64,000 bases of DNA from Hemiscyllium ocellatum. Its lineage: Eukaryota. A model generated the notes under the pieces. The model was not told the DNA's origin and searched no databases. It saw only the letters and a program-made list of their open reading frames with translations. Where the stretch lies: the NCBI RefSeq assembly GCF_020745735.1, contig NC_083435.1, forward strand, positions 37,721,090-37,785,089, written 5' to 3'. Positions 35,975 through 47,334 of this stretch are shown one piece after another; positions within the stretch are counted from its first letter, which is position 1; every line of letters starts with the position of its first letter. Position numbers and translations under genes: made by a program.

Positions 35975-36690
35975 TAGATTCACAGAATCACAGAGATGTA
36001 CAGCACGGAAACAGACCCTTCGGTCCAACCTGTACATGCCAACCAGATATCCCAACCCAATCTAGTCCCACCTGCCAGCATCCGGTCCATATCCCTCCAA
36101 ACCATTCCTATTCACATACCCATCTAATTGTACCAGCTTCCACCACTTCCTCTGGCATCTCATTCCAGACACGTACCACCCTGTGTGTGAAAAAGTTGCG
36201 CCTTAGGTCTTTTTTATATCTTTCCCCTAAACTTAAACCTACATCCTAAACCTATGCCCTCTAGTTCTGGACTCCCCCACCCCAGGGAAAAGACTTTGTC
36301 TATTTATCCTAATCATGCCCCTCATAATTTTGTAAACCTCTATAAGGTCACCTCTCAGCCTCCGACGCTCCAGGGAGAACAGCCCCAGCCTGTTCAGCCT
36401 CTCTCTGTAGCTCAGATCCTCTAACCCTGGCAACATCCTTGTAAATCTTTTCTGAACCCTTTCAAGTTTCACAACAACGTTCCAATAGGAAGGAGACCAG
36501 AATTGCACGCAATATTCCAACAGTGGCCTCACCAATGTCCTGTACAGCCGCAACATGACCTCCCAACTCCTGTACTCAATACTCTGACCAATAAAGGAAA
36601 GCATACCAAACGCCTTCTTCACTATCCTATCTACCTGCGACTCCACTTTCAAGGAGCTATGAACCTGCACTCCAAGGTCTCTTTGTTCAT
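35975..36690 (-). mobile_element. CR1 LINE 3' fragment
   Basis: Minus ORF 36239-36670 (VQVHSSLKVESQVDRIVKKAFG...LEYCVQFWS). Confidence 0.92.
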
Positions 36691-36809
36691 CTGCTACTTA
36701 TCTGACCACTCATTAATCTATGTCCTCTTGAAGCTTAACAATATCAGTCCTGCAGTTGACAATAAATCCATATTTTAGTTCACCTGTATGCTTTGAGATT
36801 GTATTCTGG

Positions 36810-36900
36810 ATTAGTGGTGCTGGAAGAGCACAACAGTTCAGGCAGCATCCGAGGAGCAGTAAAATCGGCGTTTCGGGCAAAAGCCCTTCATCAGGAATAC
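36810..36900 (-). mobile_element. Penelope-like terminal fragment with decayed hammerhead
   Basis: Minus strand CTGATGAAGGGCTTTTGCCCGAAACGCCG (U16.1 changed to C). Confidence 0.7.
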
Positions 36901-37829
36901 AGGAGATTGTACCCTATCTATCCATGTCTATATCATGATTACAGCTCAACAAAAGCACTGCTTCATTCCCTGGGAAATTCCTGTGTCCATATAATTGGTT
37001 CCATTCTGATAAACAGCCATTAATCACAACCCTGTTCCTTGTCACTCAGCAAGTTCCTATCAATGCTGCAACTGTCCTTTATATTCCATTACCTCTGACA
37101 TTGCTGACAAGCCTGTTATTGGCATTTTATCCGATATCATTTGGAGGTTCATGTACAACTCATCAAGCCTGCCATGTTGGTGTATTTGGTTCCCAGGATT
37201 TGGAATGATACCCTTTAACTTTGGAAAGCAGCAAACTCTGTGTATGATAACGCAGGGTTCTGTGTGTGGAGGGAAACCTGTTCTCACGTGCTCAGGGTGA
37301 TTCGTTTGGTCACATTGATGGTGAACAGCACCTCCAGGTGGAACCACAGGGAATGGCAGGAATATGGCGGACTGAGTTTTCTCATATTTTGGCTAAATGT
37401 CAGTTTTTGGAGGCTTTATTAGGGATTTACCTCCACGAGCAATTGTAACTTTGCCATATGAAACTGGAGCCAGGGGCTGTTTGATTTGTTTTTTTTTCAT
37501 TTGTGTTTTGAATTCTGCATTTCAAACGACTCCCAATAACTCTCGCATTCCCTTGCCCAAAGGAATCTATTGACTCAGTCTTAAAAATATATAATCACTC
37601 CGCTTCCTCCACCTTCTAATGCCAGGAGTTCCAGAGTTTCCCAATCCTTAAAGAGAAACAAAATTCTTCCCTTCTCTGTCCTGAAAGAGGGAGACCTCAT
37701 TTTAAAGCAGTGCCCTTCATTCTAGACTCACCACTAAGAGAAAATCCTTTGCACGTCCACTTTCTCAACAGTATTCAGGATCTTACACACTTCGGTCAAG
37801 TAACCCCTCCCTCTTCCAAACTCCAGAGT

Positions 37830-38245
37830 TGGAGAGTGTGTTGCTGGAAAAGCACAGCCAGTCAGGCAGCATCCGAGGAGCAGGACAGTCGACGTTTTGG
37901 GCATGAGCTCTGCATCAGGAATGATGGGGGGGGAGTGGGGTTGAAGGTGGGAAGGAAGCTGAGAGATAAATAGGAGAGCAGGGCTGGGGCTGGGGGTAAG
38001 AGAGCTTGGAAGGCGGTAGGTAGGTGAAGGTGGGGGTGATGGTGATAGGTCAGAGTGGAGGGTGGAGTGGGAAGGGAGATGGACAGGTGGGACAGTTCAA
38101 GAGGACGGTGCTGAGTTGGAGGGTTGGATCTGGGACAAGGTAGGGGGAGGGGAAATGAGGAAACTGGTGAAATCCACATTAATCTGGTGTGGTTGGAGGA
38201 TCCCAAGGCAGAGGATGAGGCGTTCTTCCTCCAGGCGTCAGCTGG
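37830..38245 (-). mobile_element. Penelope-like element 3' end
   Basis: Minus strand LEEERLILCLGILQPH.INVDF, homologous to 21225-21782, plus the terminal tail. Confidence 0.78.
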
Positions 38246-38419
38246 CTAGAATCCTGCTCCCACATGCTCTTGCAGTGGCAAGAATGGTTAGGAGGACTGA
38301 GAATGTCTTGTGGTTACATCGCCAAGGCCATATTTAAACTGAGGCTGTGCGCCCTTTCAAATGCTCTCGGCCAGCTATTATCCGTCACAGTTTGTGCCAT
38401 CACCCAGTTTCTAAAGGAG

Positions 38420-38650
38420 ATGTCTGAGAGACCCAGGCTAGCTTCCTGTTTTAGTTAGCGACACCTGGAGGCCCTGCTGATGGACAGGAGGGTCATCGTC
38501 TTTGTCCAGGGCTGCTGGCGGAGACCACAGTACCAGGCCCTGCTCTGAGGTTACTGCCTGGGTCAGTGGCACGTCCATGACCCAGAGGAACACACAGCAA
38601 TGTTTCAAGAAAGTCTGAAGCCTTCTGCAGTGCGAAGCTAAGTGCTGCCA
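38420..38650 (+). mobile_element. Decayed Myb/SANT-like DNA-binding ORF, probably PIF/Harbinger-derived
   Basis: Frameshifted FS.RHLEALL...EVTAWVSGTSMTQRNTQQCFKKV resembles the trihelix Myb/SANT pattern EVA..V.....R...QC.KK. Confidence 0.5.
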
Positions 38651-39725
38651 TATTCTCTTTGCTGTCTCATACCCATTCTAACTCCGCCACTGCACCCACC
38701 TCCCACCAACGCTCATGCCCTTACACTCTCACTCTTGCATGCGGCAATTCCACTCAAAGGCTGTGACCCAGCCCATCCCCACAACTCACCGGCCCTGTTT
38801 TGCTCTCTGTTTCCTACGCACACACCTTGTGAGCTTTCCTCATCCCTAACCAAGAGCCACTTTCAGCTCACTCAGTCCCTCCCTTTGTATTGTTTTGGGA
38901 GAAATCACCACGACGGGTCATGGAGAGGCCAATGTTTGTCTTGTCAGCCCCCTCATGTGGGAAGGATGAGAGACCGCGAATGCTCGTGGGCTGATGTTGA
39001 TCTCAGCATGTCCTCGCGGACAATAAGACCCATCATGCTGTGCTCCCATCAAACTCTGCACTAAATGTCTGCTTAGCTCGCTCAAGCTTTGACCAATTCC
39101 CTCGCTTACCTTCTGCAGGCACGGGCTGCGTCCTCCGGTAACTCTCCCCTTTCTCCTCCCCCTCCGAGGGAGAGGCCACTGATCCCTCACTGTCTTCAGC
39201 AGCCTCTGACAGGTCAGGTACCGAGACCCCAGTGGGTGTGTGAGCTAATGTACAGTGAGGGGCACACCACTGACCCAGGCCCAGGCTGCTGGCACTTGGA
39301 GACTGACCAGAGCCCAGGACCCTGCTCAGCTCCAGGCAAGAGGGAAGCCCATTACCAACTTTGTGCAAATCCACAACCAGACAAAGGAGCAGCAAGCAGG
39401 TGTCCCTTCATAAACTGGGTGCTGTGCCAGCTCTGGCATATGTGTCTGACTGTCTCCATGGTCAGGTGGGAGACTGCGATTGAGATTTCGATTTATTGTC
39501 ACATCTATATAAAAATACAGGAAAAAGTGTTTGAAACATAGTGTCACCACACTCAGCACCATTTGAAACACTGAATATAACGCAATGTTTTACTGCAATA
39601 GAGTTGGTCTTTGTCTCTTCTTCCCATTCCTGCTTGGCTAGAGTCTGTGAATCAAGCCCCAGGGTCTCTGTAACGGGCTCCAGGACTCTGCTGTTGCCAC
39701 TCCTGTAACCACCGTGTGTGAGCTG

Positions 39726-40905
39726 GGTCTGGATATGTGTAGGGACCCATACCTCCTGTTCCCCACCCACCCCTTCTCCAGACGTGCAGGGTCCCATACA
39801 CCCTGTCCCCCATCCCATGCTCATCCAGGTATGCAGCGTCTGATATCCCCTATCCACCATCTAACCCTCCTCCAGGTGTGTAGGGACCCATACCCCCTGT
39901 TCCCATCCAGCCCTCCTCCAGGTGTGTAGGGACCCATACCCCCTGTTCCCATCGAGCCCTCTTCCAGGTGTGCAGGGTCCCATACACTCTGTCCCCCATC
40001 CCATGCTCATCCAGGTGTGCAGGGTCTGATATCCCCCATCCACCATCCAACCCTCCTCCCGATATGCAGGATCCCATACTCCCTGTTCCCCATCCAACCC
40101 TCCTCCCGATATGCAGGGTCCCATACTCCCTGTTCCCCATCCAACCCTCCTCCCGATATGCAGGGTCCCATACCTCTTGTTCTTCATCCAACCCTCTTCC
40201 CGATATGCAGGGTCCCATACCTCCTGTTCCCCATCCAATGTTCTTCCAGATGTTCAGGGTCCCATACCCCTGTCCCCCATCCCATGCTCATCCAGGTGTG
40301 CAGCGTCCGATATCCCCTATCCATCATCCAACCCTCCTCCCGATATGCAGGGTCCCATACCTCCTGTTCCCCATCCAACCCTTCTCCAGATGTGCAGGGT
40401 CCCAAAATCCCTGCTCCCCATCCAACCCTCCTCCCGATATGCAGGGTCCCATACCTCCTGTTCCCCATCCAACTCTTCTCCAGATGTGCAGAGTCCCAAA
40501 ATCCCTGCTTCCCATCCAACCCTCCTCCAGATGTGCAGGGTCCCATACCTCCTGTTCCCCATCCAATGTTCTTCCAGATGTGCAGGGTCCCATACACCCT
40601 GTCCCCCATCCCATGCTCATCCAGGTGTGCAGGGTCCGATACCCTGTCCACCATCCAACCCTCCTCCTGATGTGCAGGGTCCCAGACCTCCTGTCCACAA
40701 TCCAACCCTCCTCCCAACATGCAGAGTTCCATACCTCCTGTTCCCCATCCAACCCTCCTCCCGATATGCAGGGTCCCATACCCCCTAACCCCTATCCCAT
40801 GCTCATCCAGGTGTGCAGGGTCCCATACCTCCTGTTCCCCATCCAACCTTCCTCCAGATATGCAGGGTCCCATACCTCCTATTCCTCATCCAACCCAACT
40901 CCAGA
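39726..40905. repeat. 47-bp minisatellite (GATGTGCAGGGTCCCATACCTCCTGTTCCCCATCCAACCCTCCTCCA), about 25 units
   Basis: Unit starts at 40061, 40108, 40155 and 40202; interspersed variant units. Confidence 0.95.
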
Positions 40906-41652
40906 TGCTGCTGCCAACCTGCCATCTGTTTGTGCTCCTTCAGGCCCCAGGCATAGGTGCAGCCTGGAGCTTCGGCCTAGCCTGCAAGTCTGGTCCAGGG
41001 GGAGTCAGCCCGAGACCTGCTCCCCTGTCTTGCTGGGAGACCCCCTGGTTGGGTTGAAGCTGTGTCCACTTCATCCTGGTGTTGCTGGTGCTGGAGGCCT
41101 CCTCCTTCACCCGCCACTCCCCAGGGTCTATAGAAATGAAAACAAAGACAAAAAGCAAAAGCGTAAAGGTTTAAAAAAAAGAATAAAAAGAGAAAGAAAG
41201 CTAATGGGCCCCTGGCTCAGCCCTCCTCCTATGCCACCATCTTGAAGTCAAGTAGAACATTCAGTGACTGCAGAAACTGATACAGACCTGTACTCCAATA
41301 CAGTCGCCATTGGTGCCCAGAATCAACAGCAAGGCAAGAATGCACAAGGGATTTTGACCTTCCTCCAGAAGTTCCTTTCTGTCAAGGAGATGGGGTAGTG
41401 CTATCTGGCACCCAGTTGTAGGAGGAAGCCTATTCAATCTTAGTGTGGCTGGGAGCTCCAGCTACAAACACCTCTCCCCTCCCCATCAAGGCGGTCCACC
41501 TAAACCTTCATAGCCAACAGAGTCCCCGATAGGGCAATCTCCCTGCACTCAGCTGTAGACCCCAGGACTACACCTTTACTTAGTGAGTGGGCACAGGATG
41601 GTACAGCGACACTTCACTTGTAAGTAGAATCTCACATTTATAAAAATGTGAC

Positions 41653-41835
41653 TTGGCCATGCTAAAGTACCCATACTGTTCAGGGATGTGTAAGCTAGGT
41701 GCATTAGTCAGGGGAAATCTCAAGTACTCAGGGTAGGGGAATGTGTCTGGGTGAGATACTCTTTGGAGGGTCGGTGTGGACCTGTTGGGCTGAAGGGCCT
41801 GTTGCCACACTGCAGGGATTCTCATTCTCATTCTA
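41653..41835 (+). mobile_element. HE1-like SINE 3' half
   Basis: GGCCATGCTAAAGTACCC...GAGGGTCGGTGTGGACCTGTTGGGCTGAAGGGCCTG. Confidence 0.7.
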
Positions 41836-42279
41836 ATTTCTCTCATTCAAAAATGTTGCATTTCAAATCATTGCCTGTCTGATCAACTGTCAATGTAATG
41901 CAGCTACAGGAATAAAACAACACACAATGTTAGAACTTTGAAGGAATGTTCATTTTTCCCTGAATGAGGGAGCATCTGATATTGTAAAGTCAAATGGTCA
42001 TTATTGTCAACATTTATTACACAACACGAAAAACAAAGAAAGAACCAACATAAAGCAGCAGTTGCTTTTGAGACTAAACAAGGTCTACTTGCCTTTTGAG
42101 GGCAGCAACAAATTGACAATCAATGAATCGCGATTTGATCTAACACTTGGAACCGGCTGCCAGTTAACTTTTAGCTCACTGTGTCCGATGCTGCTGCTCT
42201 CTATTGTGCAAATGGTGATGTTCTTCCTACTCAATGTCCTCATCTTCCTCCTGGGAAGATCGCTGTTGCACTCAGAGTA

Positions 42280-42396
42280 AAAATTGAGGTCTGCAGATGC
42301 TGGAGATCACAGCTGAAAATGTGTTGCTGGTTAAAGCACAGCAGGTTAGGCAGTATCCAAGGAACAGGAAATTTGACGTTTCGGGCCAGAGCCCTC
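42280..42396 (-). mobile_element. Penelope-like terminal fragment
   Basis: GAGGTCTGCAGATGCTGGAGATC...GACGTTTCGGGCCAGAGCCC; the CUGAUGA core is missing. Confidence 0.75.
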
Positions 42397-43459
42397 ACAA
42401 CTGTTAGAAACAAACTTAATAAAATTTAGATGAGACCACCAAAACTGGAAACAAGACAATTTATTACAAACTTGCAAGTAAGGGCATCAATTGCAGAAGC
42501 AAATGAGCAACGAGAATTCAAAGCACTACACAGTTATACCTTTGAGTTGCGTGAGGTCATCTCTCCCTATTCCTACATTACCCATCATTCTTAGTATTCT
42601 GCCACTGCCCAGCTATGCTCCACCCTTATTGCCCCCTTGTCTCTAAGTTGACAACTTTTCCCCCTGTAAGTGCCAACACAAGGCTAAACTTGTATCTTGA
42701 TGTTCCTTCTTCACCTTACTTGTAACATCTTCCATTGTCCATAGGTACATTCCATTCCTGAACATACGTTTTAACAAAGTGCTTAGTCTATGCGTTTCAG
42801 CTACCTCAACTGTTTTGCTGAGACTATTATTTCAAATGTTATGAAGAAATTATTTACTTTAATCATTCTGCAGTAAAGTTAGTATTCAATTATCCACAAT
42901 TATACATTAAGGATTAGGAAACATTTCCCTAATGCTTGCTTAGCTGATGTATTTTTTGTACCTCTTTTCTACACATACACACTCTTGCGTTTCTATATAT
43001 GCAAAAACAACACACTTCCCCATTTCTTACACAACCCCTCAGTGCCCATCACCTCCCCTTCTCCATCTGCTCAGAGCACAGCATGTGAGGATCACTCAGC
43101 ATGCACTGCTGCCTGATAAACCCTCTTCATTTTTAAAGCATTTAACAATAACATAGAAAGGATATTGAGTTAGAAAAAAATACTACTAGTGAAAAAAATA
43201 TTGTTCTACCAAAGACACAAAGTTAATAATTTCAAGAAATAATGTTTTATTTGAAATAAACTCTTTAGTCTTTCTCTCACAGCAGTGTGGAGCACTTTCA
43301 CCACAGAGAGTGTGAGATGGCAGTTCACTTTCAACTCTTGACAGACAGCTGTAAATGAGCAGTAAGTATCAGTCTTGCCAGCAACACTCACATTTCTAGA
43401 GTCTGAGGCTAAAGCAGCCACCATCACATTGGCTTATTTCATATGAATCCACCCTCTCC

Positions 43460-43557
43460 TCATTCCTGATGAAGGGCTCTGGCCCGAAACATCGAATTTC
43501 CTGTTCCTTGGATGCTGCCTAACCTGCTGTGCTTTTACCAGCAACACATTTTCAGCG
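43460..43557 (+). mobile_element. Penelope-like terminal fragment with mutated hammerhead (GAAACATC)
   Basis: ATTC-CTGATGA-A-GGGC/TCTG/GCCC-GAAA-CATC-GAAT plus tail. Confidence 0.75.
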
Positions 43558-43619
43558 TATTTCATATGAACCCAGAAAGACTGGAGCAAGAGTAGACCGA
43601 TTTGACTCCTCAAGCCTGC

Positions 43620-44515
43620 TACTTTTGCGGATGACACAAAAGTCGGTGGAGTTGTGGATAGTGAGGAAGGAAGTGGTAGGTTACAGAGGGATATAGATAA
43701 GTTGCAGAGCTGGGCGGAAATGTGGCAAATGGAATTCAATGTAGCTAAGTGTGAAGTCGTTCACTTTGGTAGGAATAACAAGATGATGGATTACTGGGCT
43801 AATGGTAGGCTACTTGGTAGTGTGGATGAGCAGAGGGATCTTGGTGTCCATGTACACAGATCTCTGAAAGTTGCCACCCAGGTAAATAGTGCTGTGAGGA
43901 AGGCATATGGTGTACTGGGCTTTATTGGCAGAGGAATTGAGTTCCGGAATCCTGAGGTCATGTTGCAGTTGTATAAGACTCTGGTGAGGCCTCATCTGGA
44001 GTATTGTGTGCAGTTTTGGTCGCCATACTATAGGAAGGATGTGGAAGCTTTAGAACGAGTGCAGAGGAGGTTTACCAGGATGTTGCCTGGAATGGTAGGA
44101 AAATCTTATGAGGAAAGGCTGAGGCACTTGGGGCTGTTCTCATTGGAGAAGAGAAGGTTTAGGGGAGATCTGATAGAAGTGTATAAGATGATTAGAGGTT
44201 TAGATAGGGCAGATACTAAGAACCTTTTACCGCTAATGGAGTCAGGTGTTACTAGGGGACATAGCTTTAAATTAAGGGGAGGTAGGTATAGGACAGATGT
44301 TAGGGGTAGATTCTTCACACAGCGGGTTGTGAGTTCATGGAATGCCCTGCCCGTATCAGTGGTGAACTCTCCTTCTTTATGGTCATTTAAGCGGGCATTG
44401 GATAGGCATTTGGAAGTTATTGGGCTAGTATAGGTTAGGTAGGATTCGGTCGGCGCAACATCGAGGGCCGAAGGGCCTGTACTGCGCTGTATCCTTCTAT
44501 GTTCTATGTTCTATG
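43620..44515 (+). mobile_element. Young 5'-truncated CR1 LINE
   Basis: Begins at the FADDTK motif; uninterrupted 259-aa RT C-terminal ORF 43654-44433; (TTCTATG)n tail. Confidence 0.95.
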
Positions 44516-44734
44516 TACCCTGTCAATCTGCTCATCAAAACCGCAATCTCACCCTCCCCACCATTCCAATTCCAGCTCTTTAGCCACAAGAGCCGTAGTT
44601 ACTTCCTTCTTGAAAACACAGTGTTTTGGCCCCAACCACTTTCTGTGGGAGTGAATTCCACAGACTCACTGTCTCTGGGTGAAGGCATTTCTGTCCTGAG
44701 TCCTAAAAGGTTTGCCCCTTGTTTTTAAACTACG

Positions 44735-45540
44735 ATCGCTGGCTCATCAGAAACCTCCTTCCGACATTGAAGCTGTCTAGTCCTATTCGGATTTTGAAGG
44801 TTTCCCCTCATCCTTCGAAACTTCAGTAAATATAGTGCTAACCTAGTCCATCTCACCTCATCCGTCAGTCCTGCCATCCCAGGAATTGATGTGGTAAACC
44901 TTTGCCACACTCCCTCCATAGCCAGAACATCCTTCCTCAGATAAGGAGACCAAACTGTGTGCAATCTTCCAGATGGAACCTCATCACTGCCCAGGAAAGG
45001 TTCAGTAAGTTAAAAATCACACAACACCAGGCTACGTTCCAACCGGCTTATTTGGAAGCACTAGCTTTCAGAGCACTGCTCCTTCCTCAGGTGGTTGTCC
45101 AGCTCTGAAAGCTAGTAAGTTTGCCTTCTTTACTGTCTGCTGCACCTGCACTGACTGGTGCACTATGACACCAAGGTCTCATCTCACCATTTACCGCCAT
45201 AATATCTGCCTTTATATTCTTGCTAGCAAAATCATAACCTCACGCACGTGTTCACATTACACTGCATCTGCCATGCATTTCCCACTCACTCGGCCTATCC
45301 AAACCACACCGTAAGACTCTGTATCTTCCCCATTGCTCATCTTTCCACCCAGGTTTGTGTCATCTGCATACTTTGGAATATTACATTTAGGCTCCTCATC
45401 TTAGTAATTAACATGTACTGTTAATAGCTGGGGTCCTGGTGCTGTACCCCACTAGCGACTGCCTGCCTGCCATTTAGAAAAAGGCCCTCTTTATTCCTAC
45501 TCAGATTTCTGCCTACTAACCAATTTTCCACCCATCTCAA
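44735..45540 (-). mobile_element. Degraded CR1 fragments with a Penelope-like family B insert at about 45000-45116
   Basis: Minus strand HTVWSPYLRKDVLAMEGV at 44735-44990; further CR1-like sequence at 45120-45540. Confidence 0.65.
45059..45093 (-). ncRNA. Minimal type I hammerhead ribozyme (family B, CUA site)
   Basis: Minus strand CAC-CTGAGGA-A-GGAGC/AGT/GCTCT-GAAA-GCTA-GTG; AGCT palindromic helix III, 3-bp stem I. Confidence 0.62.
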
Positions 45541-45641
45541 TACCAATCCATCCCAATCTCATGTGCTTTCATTTTACACATTAATCGAATATGTGGGAGC
45601 TTGTGGGTGTAGTTTTGCTAGCTGAGCTGGAAGGCTCACTT

Positions 45642-45681
45642 TCAGACATTTCGCCACCATGCTAGGTAACATCTTCAGTGA
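45642..45681 (-). ncRNA. Minimal hammerhead-like motif (family C), partly decayed
   Basis: Minus strand TCA-CTGAAGA-T-GTTACC/TAGCAT/GGTGGC-GAAA-TGTC-TGA. Confidence 0.5.
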
Positions 45682-46394
45682 CCCTCCAAACGAAGCACTG
45701 CTGATGTTTCCTGCTTTCTATTTATTTGCTTGGGTTTCTTTGGGTTGGTGATGTCATTTCCTGTGGTGATGTCATTTCCTGTTTTTTGTCCTGTGGGAGC
45801 TTGATGAAAGAATAAATAGGCCATATCAGTTAGCTCTTCCAATCAACTCTGCTTGTCACATCCTCAACATTGGTCAGGCATGATTTTCCTATCAGAAATC
45901 CATACTGACTCTGTCTGATTCTACCACTGTTTTCTAAATGCTCTGCAATAAAATCCTGAATGGAGTCTACATCTTCCCCACTACTGACCTCAGACTCACT
46001 GGTCTATAGTTCCCTGTTTACTCTCTCGTGGTGTTTAAGTTGTGGGGTTACATTAGCTCCCCTCCAATCTGCAGGAACCCTTCCAGAGTCTAGGCCCAGA
46101 TTTCATTCCATTCACTCAACCTACCTAGCACCACATCAAACCCAAAGGAGAGTAAAGATCCGCCAATTCAGTTCCATCAGTGTCTAGCATTCAACAGGAA
46201 AAATAAGATTTACCCTCGTGCCAGTGTTATTTTGTATCCTTTCCTGTGACACTAACCCACTTGAAGATATAAATGACTTAAATAGTTAACCTACGGAGAT
46301 AGTAAACCATGTGACCATGACGTCATTATGTAACCAGCTGCACTCCACAATCAATGCTGTCCATGCTTCAACCAGAGCAGAGGACAGGGCTGAA

Positions 46395-46620
46395 AACAAA
46401 ACACTGCAGATGCTGGAAATCTGAAACAAACACAAAGAAAGCTGGAGAAACTCAGCAAGTCTGGCAACATCTGTGGAGAGAGAACCAGAGTTAGCATTTC
46501 CTGTCTGGTCTGACTGAGTAAGAGTCAGATCGGACTTGAAACATGAACACTCAGTTTCCGTCTCCCCAGAGTATATGCTGGATCATTCTGAGTATAGACC
46601 AGGCAGAGTGTGTCACATCA
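46395..46620. mobile_element. Penelope-like terminal fragments, inverted and decayed
   Basis: AAACACTGCAGATGCTGGAAATCTG...CTCAGCAAGTCTGGC...; decayed CTGAGTAAGAGTC...GACTTGAAAC. Confidence 0.5.
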
Positions 46621-47334
46621 TCCTGGTGTGCTGTGCTCCATGTAACGCAGTAATCAAAAAGCTGATATATGGAGGAGCTGGGAATGGGAGCAGTCTTCTG
46701 AGGATGAGGATGGGAATATTGGCTGGAGGGGAAGCTGACATTGACCATGACAGAGCTCAGCTGCACAAACAAAACACACTTGACAGAACCTCATTGAAGA
46801 GACTGGTGGCAGCAGATCATTGTGGACTGGAACATTTTTCAGTCATGATACCAAAACCTGGTTGGCACTGTGGGATGTAATTCAGTCTCTGATAGCTTCA
46901 TTTCAGTTTTGGTAAAAAAAAGTTGACGTTTGTGTTTGGAAATGTCTGCTTGCTTGTCTCTCTGTGTTGTATCCCCACTGGACAGTGGCAAGTTGCATTA
47001 GGATCAATGTAACACTGCCTTACAGGGTGTTCAGCCAGGACTTGGCCAAGGACAGGTCCAGTGTGGTGGCTAAACAGTGACTGAGGTGAGAGAATGGAAT
47101 TGTATGTGTGACGTAAATAATGTCAGCCATGTGCTGTGGGGAATATGCCTTTATGGCTACTGTGTCATTAGGTTGCCAGTGATGGGCAGCAGCAGATTGC
47201 CAATATTTGTTCAGGTGCACAGTGCCCTTTCAAAGATGGCACAGACATAAAGGTTTTATTAATGTATGAGTACATAGTGTATCCATTATTGCAAGGCACA
47301 GCTCACAGATATTTATTCACATCATACCTAACCC

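Noticed and set aside
37060-37450. Balanced-composition stretch that might be a processed pseudogene
   Set aside because: No frame gave a protein I could identify; needs tBLASTx.
39968-41245. 425-aa Pro-rich ORF and overlapping 120-229-aa ORFs
   Set aside because: Open on both strands and in several frames only because the 47-bp repeat lacks stop codons; no splice context or domain signature.
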